This document shows, piece by piece, positions 1-11,631 of a stretch of DNA of 64,000 bases (the stretch's first letter is position 1; the number at the start of each line of letters is the position of its first letter). The notes under the pieces are model-generated. The model had not been told where the DNA came from, ran no database searches, and saw only the letters and a program-made list of their open reading frames with translations. The DNA is from Octopus vulgaris (Eukaryota): contig OX597822.1 of the NCBI GenBank assembly GCA_951406725.2, forward strand, positions 113,646,001 through 113,710,000, given 5' to 3'. A program made the translations under genes and the position numbers.

Positions 1-16
1 ATTTTACTGTAATGCG

Positions 17-89
<73 letters not shown>

Positions 90-90
<1 letters not shown>

Positions 91-390
91 GAGGCGCAAT
101 GGCCCAGTGGTTAGGGCAGCGGACTCGCGGTCGTGGGATTGCGGTTTCGATTCCTAGACCGGGCGTTGTGAGTGTTTATTGAGCGAAAACTCCTAAAGAG
201 CTCCACGAGGCTCCGGCAGGGGGTGGTGATCCCTGCTGTACTCTTTCACCACACTTTCACTCTTTCTTCTGTTGGCCTACTCGCTTAGCCAGCGGGGTGG
301 CGTCATTCGAAGGCTAAAACAATGCGAACGCATTGTGACCAGCGATGTGTAACAACATCTGATGGTCTGGTCGATCACGTGATCACGTGA
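90..390 (+). mobile_element. tRNA-derived SINE, family A (body type 1)
   Basis: A box tggcccagtggtt and B box ggtttcgattcc. The same head recurs at 13607, 42003 and 49772. Ends in a tgatcacg repeat. Confidence 0.85.
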
Positions 391-391
391 T

Positions 392-466
<75 letters not shown>

Positions 467-472
<6 letters not shown>

Positions 473-1185
473 AGAAGGTTTGAAAATGTAATTTTAAAAT
501 ATGTTTATTTTTATACCGGTTTCACTCTTTAGAAAAAGATTGTCAAAAGTAACATGTAAAAGTTTGGTTGTGTTAATTATTGGTTGTCACAAATTGCTAC
601 AATATATATATATATACAGTTTTTGGTAACAAGGACATGTTAAGGACATAAAAATGTTTAACAAGTTCATGAAAATATTGGGCACAAAAGATTCCAGCAT
701 CAATATACATTCTCAAGAAAATGTTAAAGATAGTTTCCAGAAGGAATTATTAAAAAGTTCAGTGGAATATATTGGTATTGTATCTGTATATACAGATACA
801 ATATATACAGATCTGAATATACAGATACAATACCAATACCAATATTCCACTGAACTTTTTAATAATTCCTTCTGGAAACTATCTTTAACATTTTCTTGAG
901 AATGTATATTGATGCTGGAATCTTTTGTGCCCAATATTTTCATGAACTTGTTAAACATTTTTATGTCCTTAACATGTCCTTGTTACCAACAACTGTATAT
1001 ATATATATATTGTAGCAATTTGTGACAACCAATAATTAACACAACCAAACTTTTACATGTTACTTTTGACAATCTTTTTCTAAAGAGTGAAACCGGTAAA
1101 GTAAATAAACATATTTTAAAATTGCACTTTCAAACCTTCTTTCTTATATAATTCCACTCGTGCGGTACCTTACAACTCCACTTTG

Positions 1186-1187
<2 letters not shown>
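467..1187. repeat. ~680-bp near-perfect palindrome with a unique 3' extension, between (TA)n tracts; Penelope-like pLTR end
   Basis: Arm ~467-790 is the reverse complement of ~828-1148, with nested mini-palindromes at the centre. Each arm carries a hammerhead motif. Confidence 0.85.
1061..1103 (+). ncRNA. Minimal type I hammerhead ribozyme motif, U3:A8 variant
   Basis: tactt-TTGACAA-tcttt(ttct)aaaga-gt-GAAA-ccgg-TA-aagta. Stem I is 5 bp and stem III is palindromic. A mirror copy at ~511-551 (-) has a damaged stem I. Confidence 0.65.
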
Positions 1188-1243
<56 letters not shown>

Positions 1244-1244
1244 C

Positions 1245-1668
1245 AGGAGTGGCTGTGTGGTAAGTAGCTTCCTTACCAACCACATGGTTCCGGGTTCAGT
1301 CCCACTGCGTGGCACCTTGGGCAAGTGTCTTCTACTATAGCCTCGGGCCGACCAAAGCCTTGTGAGTGGATTTGGTAGACGGAAACTGAAAGAAGCCCGT
1401 CGTATATATGTATATATATATGCGTGTGTGTGTTTGTGTATATGTTTGTGTGTCTGTGTTTGTCCCCCCACCATTGCTTGACAACCGATGCTGGTGTGTT
1501 TATGTCCCCGTTCATTAGCGGTTCGGCAAAAGAGACCGATAGAATAAGTACTGGGCTTACAAAAGAATAAGTCCCGGGGTCGAGTTGCTCGATTAAAGGC
1601 GGTGCTCCAGCATGGCCGCAGTCAAATGACTGAAACAAGTAAAAGAGTAAAAAAAGAGAGTAAGAGTG
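1245..1668 (+). mobile_element. tRNA-derived SINE family B, full length, with internal (TA/TG)n and a LINE-shared tail
   Basis: Head ggagtggctgtgtggtaag...gggttcagtccc; tail ggcggtgctccagcatggccgcagtcaaatgactgaaac plus aaaagag repeats; many copies in the window. Confidence 0.85.
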
Positions 1669-1736
1669 TGTTAAAGCAAGTACATCCCCGCGTGTGAACA
1701 TATATATCTATAAACATGCCATCTAATGTACGTATA

Positions 1737-1792
<56 letters not shown>

Positions 1793-2420
1793 ACGGGTGC
1801 GTGTTTATAGAAATAAGATGCTCGCAAATTTGCCAACGTAGCAAACTTCCTACGCGCAAACTCAGAAGATGAGCAGGGATTTTCAGTAGTCATGACAATT
1901 GTAATCTTATGATAGTTCAATGAGGAATTTTTGCCTGGATTTCAAAATAATAGCAATCGCTTGTCCACACTGACCGGCCCAGTATGCCGCCATATGCTGA
2001 CAGAGTACGGAGGACTGTTTCTTGTCACTATATTCTCACTGGTGCACGTTCAGTCTCTCCGCTATACTCCTGTATAGGAAACAATGCGTATATTGTTCTT
2101 GGAGATCTCTTTCCACCAACATTCGGTTGGTGATATACAATAGCTGGATCAATCTGATTAAGCCAGCTAGTGGATAACATCATCACCTCTCCTCACCTTT
2201 TTAAGATAACTTTGCTTGTCCCGCACCATTGCATTTTATTGTATTTTTTATTCTTTGTAGTTACTAAATTATCATCTACACCAATAATGTACTCTGCTAT
2301 TTCACGGAATCTGTTGTTTTCTCGGTTTAATCATCTTGCCATAACAAGTAGTCTATTTTTCTTTGTGTTCAAGACTTTCGCATAATTCATGCTAAACACC
2401 TAAAGTCACAGCTCCCACTT

Positions 2421-2477
<57 letters not shown>

Positions 2478-2608
2478 TTGTTATATATAGAGTTAAACAG
2501 TAATATGAATAAAAACGACATTAAATTTGTATCATTATTAAATGCATTTATATGCATATCTATATACTTCGAAATTATCTACACTTACTGCTACATACAT
2601 ACATACAT

Positions 2609-2653
<45 letters not shown>

Positions 2654-3000
2654 TGACAGTGAGGTAGAGGGTATATTTAGCCGTAATATGAAAGAATACT
2701 GATTCAATATTGCTATCAAAAACCTCAGTAAAAGGTGCAACAGACCAGAAATAATGTGCTAGGACAAATAGACGAAAATATGCACATTAACAGAAATGTT
2801 GTCAAAGAGACGTTGACTGAATGTTTAAAATAAAATAAAAAGAAAACATTTATACGGAATTACGGAGAGGTACTTGCATAGCAAGTGACCTGATCTGAGA
2901 TCGTGTGCTGGAACGGAAGCAATTGCAGCGTGAAAGGTGTTTATAAGCTATTTAAGAAAAATACAAAAACCGTTAGATTCACTTCAACGTTTAAATTTAA

Positions 3001-3051
3001 TTTGTCAAAATGTTTTCGTCGCTTTGAGACCGCGACCTGTTCACTGACAAA
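3001..3051 (-). ncRNA. Minimal hammerhead motif, G3:C8 variant
   Basis: Minus strand: tttgtca-GTGAACA-g-gtcgc(ggtctcaaa)gcgac-GAAA-acat-TT-tgacaaa; 7-bp stem I and 5-bp stem II. Confidence 0.65.
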
Positions 3052-3078
3052 ACTACGGAATTAATAAAATAAAAAATC

Positions 3079-3157
3079 TGCAGATACTATTTGCAGATAT
3101 ACGTATTTTGCAGATATACGTATCTGCAGATATACGTATCTGCAGATATACGTATTT
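3079..3157. repeat. Short tandem repeat of a near-palindromic ~16-bp unit (tgcagatatacgtatc)
   Basis: About 5 copies visible. Confidence 0.8.
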
Positions 3158-3869
3158 TCGGATCCGACAGGGAGAGTCGTGTATCGTCTTTGCTCTGTTT
3201 AAAAAGCAGAAAGTGTACATAAATCGGTGAAATAATCTATTGAAAGTCATAAATTCAACTCATAAAGCCCACTACAACACTTCGGCTACAAATATATTAA
3301 TCAAAAACGTAATATATTTTGCCTGAAGCCAAACACAGTAAAAAATTTTTCTTTTGACCGAAAACGCACATGGTGAAAAAAAAAATCCACTGTAGAAGGA
3401 AAAAGAAACATCTCCTGGAAAATAACCACGAAAAAAACCACGAAAAATCCAGACCACATCGTTGGATTAAGTATCACTTTCATCTTCTATTTCATATTTT
3501 GTTTATTATCCTATTTTATATAACCTAAGCCCACATCTCCGTTAAAGTCTACGATCGCTATTTTTTATTTTTATTTATTTATTTTTTTTTTTTGTTTACA
3601 TTTCAATAACTGTCTCGAACTTGGCTTCAAAATTAAATAACCCTTTCTTCACACTTTAAAATATATATATATTTTAATATATTTTCACTCATTTTCTTTC
3701 TTTTTTTCCACCTTCCTTCTCTCCCCGTCTGTGTATATGTGTATGTGTGTGCACGTGTATGTATGTGTGTGTGCGTGTATGTATATATGTATGCGTATAT
3801 ATGCATGGACGTGAACTTTCACGAACTTTATATAGATAACTAATCTTTCCCCTCTTTCTTACCTCTTTC

Positions 3870-4517
3870 AGATACTCCATCTTCTAATTAGCCTTAAGAT
3901 TAAATAACGTTTAATACTGTTTATTGTTAATAATTTTTCAGATACTCTATCTTCTAATTAGCCTAAGAATAAACAACGTTTATTACCCACACTTTAACAT
4001 CTAATTTTTTACCCACACTCTAATATCTTTCTAATTAGCCTTTTTACCCACATTTTAAATATTTGTTAATATATTTTCAGATACTCTATCCTCTAATTAG
4101 CCTTAAGATTAAATAACGTTTCACCCACACTTTAATATATTTTTGGATGCTCTACCTTCTAATTAGCCTCAAGATTAAATAACGATTATTACCCACACTT
4201 TAATATAATTGTAATATTGCTAACATATTTTCAGATACTCTATCCTCTAATTAGCCTTAAGATTAAATAACGTTTTTACCCACACTTTAACTTTTTCACC
4301 CACACTTTAATATATGTTTGAATACTCTACCTTCTAATTAGCCCCAAGATTAAATAACGATTATTACCCACACTTTAATATAATTGTAATATTGTTAACA
4401 TATTTTCAGATACTCTATCTCCTAATTAGCCTAAGATTAAATAACGTTTTTACCCACAAACTTTAATATTGTTAATATTAATAATACTCTATCCCATAAT
4501 TAGCCTTAAGATTAAAT
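3870..4517 (+). repeat. Degenerate ~60-80-bp tandem array upstream of LINE ORF1 (probable 5' UTR monomers)
   Basis: About 9 recurrences of gatactctatc(c/t)tctaattagccttaagattaaataacg...acccacactttaa, ending ~60 bp before the ORF1 ATG. Confidence 0.75.
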
Positions 4518-4577
4518 ATCTTCTTGTCTTCTCTCGAACATAGTTAAATAGATAAACAAATAGACAGATCATCCAGC

Positions 4578-5486
4578 ATGTCCAGAGCATGGAGACCTGA
4601 CGAGCTGGATTTATTCGTACAAGCATGGGAGTGCGCCGGTGGAGATAGCCCTAACGAGGTGATTGCGGCTGCGCTGAAGAGCAGAGGCTACAAGAGGACA
4701 GCGGCTCAGATGGAGCGAAAGAGACGGGAATTCGTGCGCTCATATGCGCTTGTACGGTCGCACATTGGCGCACTTGATGCCATCTTTGAGAACGAGCGAG
4801 GCAAAGATGACAAGAATGGAGACGATGAAAGAAGTCACCCCCACCTGGTGGATGCCCGGGAGGAGGTTTTGAATGAGAAACCTGCCCGGGAAGTGAACCC
4901 AGGTGCAAGTTCTCCAACCGGCAGCAAAGGCCATGGAGACGGAGAACCCGGTGAAGAGGTAGAGGGAGGAGGAAGAACTAAAAGAAGGGCTGGTAGAGCT
5001 AAAGGAAAAGCTCAAGCAGGACCAAAGGGTGAAAAAACCAGGAATAGAAGTGGAACCGCAAAAGATGGAAACGGACAGCGCACACAGGTGTGTAGGTTCT
5101 ACCTGAGAGGTTCCTGCTGGCATGGAAAGGAAGGTGCAGGCTGCCACTTTGCACATTGGGGACCCTGCCACAGAGACACGAGGCAGATGGACAAACCATC
5201 AACACAAGGAAAAGGGATGGACCACGCACCACTTGCCCCAAAGCGGAGGTACGCAGATGTTGTGCGTGCCACAAACCACCAACATGATGTTGTCGAAAGG
5301 GCAGCTGCTGAGCAACAATCTTTTTTGTGCATGGCACAAAAGATTGTACAGCAGCTGACCTGGCTTCATCAAACCCAAGCCCGCAGGTGGGACTACCCAC
5401 TATATACCAGACCACCACCACAGCAAACAGACCCAGAATGGACACCACCGGCAACAACATACACCTCACCTCGATGCTCCTACTGA
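4578..5486 (+). CDS. LINE ORF1 (302 aa): Myb/SANT-trihelix-like N-terminus, basic linker, CCCH zinc finger
   Basis: WRPDELDLFVQAW...YKRTAAQMERK; CRFYLRGSCWHGKEGAGCHFAH; overlaps the ORF2 start. Confidence 0.8.
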   Translation: MSRAWRPDELDLFVQAWECAGGDSPNEVIAAALKSRGYKRTAAQMERKRREFVRSYALVRSHIGALDAIFENERGKDDKNGDDERSHPHLVDAREEVLNEKPAREVNPGASSPTGSKGHGDGEPGEEVEGGGRTKRRAGRAKGKAQAGPKGEKTRNRSGTAKDGNGQRTQVCRFYLRGSCWHGKEGAGCHFAHWGPCHRDTRQMDKPSTQGKGMDHAPLAPKRRYADVVRATNHQHDVVERAAAEQQSFLCMAQKIVQQLTWLHQTQARRWDYPLYTRPPPQQTDPEWTPPATTYTSPRCSY

Positions 5487-6213
5487 ACATCAGAGGACTG
5501 CAAACACTCAGTAACAGGACAAAAATCCCGTTCCTGAGAGATTTTGTTGCATGCAATCAAGCCTTATGCATAGCACTAACGGAAACGCACCTGAAACCGG
5601 ATATAGCAGATGTGGAGTTACACATACCACAGTATGCTGTACTACGGACCGACAGGAAAGAAAGGAGTCATGGAGGTGTTGCTATGTACATCCGTGAGGA
5701 CCTCACACCCCAGGTCCTCTTGTCATACTCAAACTCGGTGTGTGACACACTAATTGTACATATTAGGCAACTTGATGTAGTTGTGTGTGCTAAATACCGC
5801 CCTCCAGATGCCCCAAGCCATGTGGGCAAGTTTGAAGACTGCCTTATAAAAATAGAAGAAGTTCTAACCACATTAGAACAACACATAAGTGTACTTCTTA
5901 TGGGAGACTTCAATCTGCCAAATGTCAGATGGCTCGAGGGCCTTTCTCTCCCGGGAATGACAAGATGTGAACGAGGACAGGCGAGGTCCCTCCTGAACCT
6001 CATCAACACCCTGTACATGGAGCAGGTAATACTCCAACCAACCAGGGCAGGTAACACACTGGATCTCTGCTTCACAAATGACATGGATCTCATCCATAAT
6101 GTGAAAGTGACACCGACACTACTCTCGGATCACAACATGATAGAGCTGACCATGTACGGGCCAAAAGAGAGCACGGACATGCAGCCTACAAGAAACCCCA
6201 GAATCTTTCCAGC
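5474..6213 (+). CDS. LINE ORF2, APE endonuclease domain (frameshifted from RT)
   Basis: MLLLNIRGL, IALTETHL, GGVAMY, YRPP, MGDFNLP, TLDLCFTN, SDHNMI. Confidence 0.9.
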
Positions 6214-8433
6214 TTGAACTACCATAAGGCAAACTGGAAACAAATTGAGAAAGAGATCCTCAAACAAAACTGGCCTAAATGTCTCTCCTCGCCAGACATC
6301 GACGTGAAACTTCAACAATTCATGTCTGTAATGCAAGCCATATGCTACAAATATGTCCCAGAGAGAAAGGCCACTGTACACAAGAACAAAATCCCCAGAG
6401 AGAGGAAAATTCTAATGAGACGGCGTACAAAATTTTCAAATCGCCTAAACAAACAGATTGAAAGCAGTGAAAAGTCCCGCCTAAAAATAAAACTGTTGGA
6501 AATTGAAAAATGTCTGAAACTCTCCCATGAAAAGGAAAGAGCAGACAAAGAAGCCTGGGCTATAGACGACATAAAATCTAACCCCAGAGCTTTCTACAGG
6601 TATACCAAAGAAACAGCTACGGTGCACTGTAGAATAGGGCCACTCCTCGAAAAGGATGGCACACTTACAGGAAAACCAATGAGGGTAAGTGAAATACTGA
6701 ATGAGCAATTCAAGAGTATTTTCACTCCACCCCTTGGGCATCTCCAAATCACCAATCCAACTGACTTTTTTACCACTGCAGATATAAAATCAGAGGCGGC
6801 GACGATAGATTACATTGATATAAAGGAAGACGATGTAATCAAGGCTATAGATGAAATGAAAACAGACTCAGCTACTGGCCCCGATGGATTCCCGGCAATC
6901 CTCCTAAAAGCATGTAAGAGAGTCCTAGCAAGACCACTGCAGTTCCTCTTTCAGAGCTTCCTTGCAGCTGGCAAACTTCCAAGAAAACTGAAGGAAGGTA
7001 AAATATGCCCCATTCATAAAGGAGGTAGCAGAGCGGAAGCCAAGAACTATAGACCTATCTCTCTGACCTCACACATCAGCAAGGTCATGGAACGAATAGT
7101 CAGAAGGAAGCTGATCACCTTCCTTGAAGAAAATGACTTGCTGCCCGACACCCAACATGGTTTCCGACCAGGGAGAAGCTGTTTAACTCAGCTCCTACAA
7201 CACTATGACTGGGTGCTGAAACGGCTGCTCAACCACTCAAATGTGGAAGTCATATATCTCGACTTTGCAAAGGCCTTTGATAAAGTCGATCATGGAATGA
7301 TATGTCACAAACTGCGTGATCTCAACATAGTTGGAAAACTGGGAGAATGGCTTCATGACTTTCTGAAAGATAGAAGTCAGGTGGTAGTGGCCAATGGGGC
7401 CACTTCCATTAACACGCAAATAGTGAGCGGTGTTCCGCAGGGCACTGTTCTGGGACCACTACTGTTCATAATGGCCCTCTCAGACATGCCCTCAGCCACG
7501 CAGAGAGCCACGATCACAAGTTATGCAGATGATACAAAAGTTTCACAGGCAATACAGAACCCTGAGGACACTAAACACCTGCAATGTGAGCTAGACAAAA
7601 TATACAAGTGGGCCGAAAAGAATAGCATGCAGTTCAATGCTGAAAAGTTTCAAGCTCTATACTATCAGCATGCAAAACTAAATGCAATACCCAATGAATA
7701 CACTGGACCCGGAGGAATAGCAATCCCAGAGGCACAATCAGTGCGTGACCTAGGTATTTACATGAGTGATGACGCGACCTTTCGTGTACATGTTGCTAAA
7801 TTGGCAATGAAATGTAGACGACTGGCCGGATGGATCCTCAGAACCTTTAGAACAAGAGAACAAGAAACCATGATGGTCCTCTGGAGGACACTTGTCCTAA
7901 GCCACTTTGACTACTGCTCTCAGTTATGGTCACCATCCAGTGTCAAGTTGATCACAGAGCTCGAGGCGATCCAACGTAGCTACACGAAGAAGATAGCCTC
8001 TATGCAGAATGTAAGCTACTGGGAAAGACTCAGGAAATTAAAATTATATTCCCTGGAGCGTAGGCGGGAAAGATATGCCATAATATACATCTGGAAGATC
8101 CTGGAGGGAAGTGTCCTGAACTTTGGCATCGAGAGTTACGCAAATGCCAGAACTGGGCGCCACTGCGTGGTGCCTAGGACTCCAAACTTGCCATCAAGAT
8201 GTAGGACAAGATTCTGTGATAGCCTGGGCTTCCGAGGCCCACAGCTCTTCAATATCCTCCCGAAGAACCTGAGAGACCTGCATGGGGTGGATACAGATGT
8301 CTTTAAAATGAAGCTGGATCTCTTCCTGTCAGGTGTCCCAGATGAACCAACTTCACGGCAGGAGGGGCAGATGAGGGCAGCTGCATCGAACTCTCTCGTG
8401 CACCAAATAGCAGCTGCTAGAAAGCCTTCATGA
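6214..8433 (+). CDS. LINE ORF2, reverse transcriptase and C-terminus
   Basis: NYRPISLTS, QHGFRPGRSC, YLDFAKAFDKV, GVPQGTVLGPLLF, YADDTK, YWERL...LERRR. Confidence 0.95.
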   Translation: MNYHKANWKQIEKEILKQNWPKCLSSPDIDVKLQQFMSVMQAICYKYVPERKATVHKNKIPRERKILMRRRTKFSNRLNKQIESSEKSRLKIKLLEIEKCLKLSHEKERADKEAWAIDDIKSNPRAFYRYTKETATVHCRIGPLLEKDGTLTGKPMRVSEILNEQFKSIFTPPLGHLQITNPTDFFTTADIKSEAATIDYIDIKEDDVIKAIDEMKTDSATGPDGFPAILLKACKRVLARPLQFLFQSFLAAGKLPRKLKEGKICPIHKGGSRAEAKNYRPISLTSHISKVMERIVRRKLITFLEENDLLPDTQHGFRPGRSCLTQLLQHYDWVLKRLLNHSNVEVIYLDFAKAFDKVDHGMICHKLRDLNIVGKLGEWLHDFLKDRSQVVVANGATSINTQIVSGVPQGTVLGPLLFIMALSDMPSATQRATITSYADDTKVSQAIQNPEDTKHLQCELDKIYKWAEKNSMQFNAEKFQALYYQHAKLNAIPNEYTGPGGIAIPEAQSVRDLGIYMSDDATFRVHVAKLAMKCRRLAGWILRTFRTREQETMMVLWRTLVLSHFDYCSQLWSPSSVKLITELEAIQRSYTKKIASMQNVSYWERLRKLKLYSLERRRERYAIIYIWKILEGSVLNFGIESYANARTGRHCVVPRTPNLPSRCRTRFCDSLGFRGPQLFNILPKNLRDLHGVDTDVFKMKLDLFLSGVPDEPTSRQEGQMRAAASNSLVHQIAAARKPS

Positions 8434-8693
8434 AGTGAAACCAAGTAGCAACACCAAATGGCGGTGCCCCAGCATGGCCACAGCTCATAAGCTGAAACTG
8501 GAAAAATCAAAATCAATCAAAATCAAAATCACTACGTCCAGACAGAAACAATGTTGAGAAGCTAAACTTCACAAAATCAGGAAAGGCACGGGTAATAAAT
8601 TAATTTCAAGATAGTCAAGCAATTTTTAAATTGCGAAATATTGCAAAAATTTAGCTTGTAGTAAGAATGTATACACACATATAGACATATAGA

Positions 8694-8767
<74 letters not shown>

Positions 8768-9179
8768 TATATATATATACAGTACATAAAACAAAACAGG
8801 TCAATACATACATACAAACATACATGTTACTCTATCCAGATTACAAGTTCAGGTTTATACCTGTAATTATTGGAACAGTGAGATATGTAACACACTACCT
8901 AAATAGCAATCTTGAGAAACCAGGATTCTCAAAACGAGAAGGGAGAAAGATGATTTGAAGACTACAGATGCAAGCCATCACTGGAACTGTAAAAATCTGT
9001 AAGACGTTCGAGAAGTTTATCATTTAAGGATATGTGAGCAAGTCTCGATATGCAAGTATATGCATGAGAAAACATGCATAAAACAAAACATACAAATCTG
9101 AACGTATACATAATACATATATACATACATTTGAGACTCCTGGTAAATAACATGCACACAGTCACATATGAATATAATA

Positions 9180-9510
9180 TACATGTACACTGCAACATAA
9201 TTTCTTTTCCTCAACAGGCCCTGCCCTACATGTACACTGCAACATAATTTCTTTTCCTCAACAGGCCCTGCCCTACATGTACACTGCAACATAATTTCTT
9301 TTCCTCAACAGGCCCTGCCCTACATGTACACTGCAACATAATTTCTTTTCCTCAACAGGCCCTGCCCTACATGTACACTGCAACATAATTTCTTTTCCTC
9401 AACAGGCCCTGCCCTACATGTACACTGCAACATAATTTCTTTTCCTCAACAGGCCCTGCCCTACATGTACACTGCAACATAATTTCTTTTCCTCAACAGG
9501 CCCTGCCCTA
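9180..9510 (+). repeat. 47-bp minisatellite, 7 identical copies
   Basis: Unit tacatgtacactgcaacataatttcttttcctcaacaggccctgccc at 9180, 9227, 9274, 9321, 9368, 9415 and 9462. Confidence 0.95.
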
Positions 9511-9771
9511 TTTAACATTGTCCCGAAAGAGATCAAAGAGGAAAAGGATCCCATCAAATTTAAATGGAGTCTGGATAGATTCCTTCAAAGAATACCAGAT
9601 AAGCCACCCATAATTGGATGCAACTCACCCAACAAAAACTCACTACTTGAATGGACCATAAACAAAACTTGACTTAAACGGGATTCGAATAATCCTATCA
9701 GGTGGTGCTATTAAGTTAGACATGGCCTGGACCAATCTTTGGTCGAAACATTTCTAAGTTTATCTAAGTTT
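9470..9771 (+). mobile_element. 5'-truncated CR1-group LINE 3' end (second family)
   Basis: LQHNFFSSTGPALFNIVPKEIK...LDRFLQRIPDKP aligns with the ORF2 C-terminus GPQLFNILPK...LDLFLSGVPDEP. Tail ggtggtgc...catggcc...gaaac plus tctaagttt repeats. Confidence 0.85.
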
Positions 9772-10081
9772 ATATATATACAAAAATAAACGGTAATGAA
9801 GCGCACACATTTGCCTAGTAAAGTGATATGCACGCCCTCTTTATTAGCACAAGTTTATCCGTTCGCACACAGATATACACACAAATGCACGCACCAACCG
9901 GTTCACGTAACGACGAACCACAAGAGCTGTCTTGACTAAATCAAGATCTTGGCCACTTTGTTAGTGTCTGGCTTAGATTCTGCAAAGAAAAGAACTTAAA
10001 TCCCAAGCAAAAACAAACGTAAATTCAATATTTAACAATTATTGTTGTTGACATCCAAATTCAAATAATAGGGTTTATGTT

Positions 10082-10478
10082 TCTTTGTTATATAAAAGAG
10101 AGGTTGTGTGCTGTCTGTCTTCTACGATTTAGATTCCTAACTACTCCCACATTTTGCGGTGCGGTTTAACCAAAACCGGGTATCTTATAGTCGTGATTCA
10201 TATCGAGCCCTTCTGGGTATTAGCGCGCGTCTACGATGAGTCTACGATTTTAAAAAAAAATTTACCATCATTTTTTTCCATTTTTAATGCATTTTTGGCA
10301 TATATAAGGGAAGTAACTCTCTAAAAATTTATTATTAAATCTCAGAACGTTCAAAGCTACAGTAACACCCCACCTTGTGGTTAGCCATATTGAGATGGCT
10401 ATTATACTTTACATCTCTATAAATGCTTATATAGTTATTTCCCTTACAAACCCGAGCAACGCCGGGCGATACTGCTAG
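10082..10478 (+). mobile_element. Non-autonomous Helitron, subfamily 1
   Basis: 5' TC; 3' hairpin cccgagcaacgccggg followed by CTAG|T; near-identical copy at 44900-45293 (-). Confidence 0.8.
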
Positions 10479-11241
10479 TAAATAAATAAAGTTGTACATT
10501 CATAAATCACAAATATTATTCCTAGAAATGGATTTGAAAAGTTAATGTCATATCTCTGCAATACAGGTTAAAATGTTTATGATAACTGAAAAAAAAGGTA
10601 AGTTAGGAAGGAAATTTGATGTATGAACTAAAGTTCTTCCTACTTGTTCTTCTTTTTCTTACTATTTCCATCCAGTCTGGCAGAATCACATCCAATGTTT
10701 GAGCTAATACGTGTCTATCTAGATGAACGGTCGAGATGCAGCAGGCGTGTAAAGCTCTCGGTTGCCGTCACTTGTTTAATGAATGCAAGCTGTGCCTTCA
10801 TTAATTGGAGAAACGAGAAATCCACTCGAAAATTTACCAATTCCATCTTCTCGAATTTTTTAGTTTTCGCTTCCTTTTTCCTAGTTTCTTGCTAACTTTA
10901 TATGGATACACGTGCAGAGTGTCTCTCTCTGAACCTCTTTTATTCTCTCTTACCGCTATTTATATATCCAGGGAGCAATGAGCATAAACTATAAAAATAG
11001 CGAAAACCTGCGACTTCGCGCGCACACGCGCACACGCGTACAAGAAGTGTGTAACGTTACACAAAATTATATAAAATATTTATGAATTAGTCACACATAC
11101 ATAAACACACACACACATACACACACATATTCATATATATAACATCCATACTGTTATATATATATGTGTGTGTGTGTATGTGTGTATAAATATATATATA
11201 TATATGCACATACATATACACACATACATATACACATACAT

Positions 11242-11272
<31 letters not shown>

Positions 11273-11332
<60 letters not shown>

Positions 11333-11357
11333 TAGATAGACAGACAGACATACAGAC

Positions 11358-11445
<88 letters not shown>
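11273..11445. repeat. (GATA/GACA)n microsatellite
   Basis: Directly visible. Confidence 0.95.
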
Positions 11446-11446
<1 letters not shown>

Positions 11447-11594
11447 TGTCACTGTTGTTAAGCTGTATCGGCCTTTGCCTTTCCTTTATATAACATCAGT
11501 GGCGTGGAGAGTGGAGGATGATCTTCCATAAACAACCATGAGGGGAACTCTCTAGATGCAATCCCATGACCATTCATGATCGAAGTGAATCTTT

Positions 11595-11631
<37 letters not shown>

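Larger units (their letters stand above)
3870..8530 (+). mobile_element. Near full-length CR1-group non-LTR retrotransposon
   Basis: ORF1, APE-RT ORF2, short 3' UTR and (aaatc)n tail. The 5' boundary is approximate and no TSD was identified. Confidence 0.9.

Noticed and set aside
90-175. tRNA gene
   Set aside because: A and B boxes are present, but the cloverleaf is imperfect and continues into a SINE body.
654-958. Two mirror 81-aa ORFs
   Set aside because: They are a by-product of the palindrome, with no motif or other coding evidence.
4651-8516. Minus-strand and alternate-frame ORFs over the LINE
   Set aside because: Shadows of the LINE coding sequence.
9180-9510. CRISPR-like regular repeats (also 3870-4517)
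   Set aside because: No unique spacers, no cas genes, eukaryotic context.
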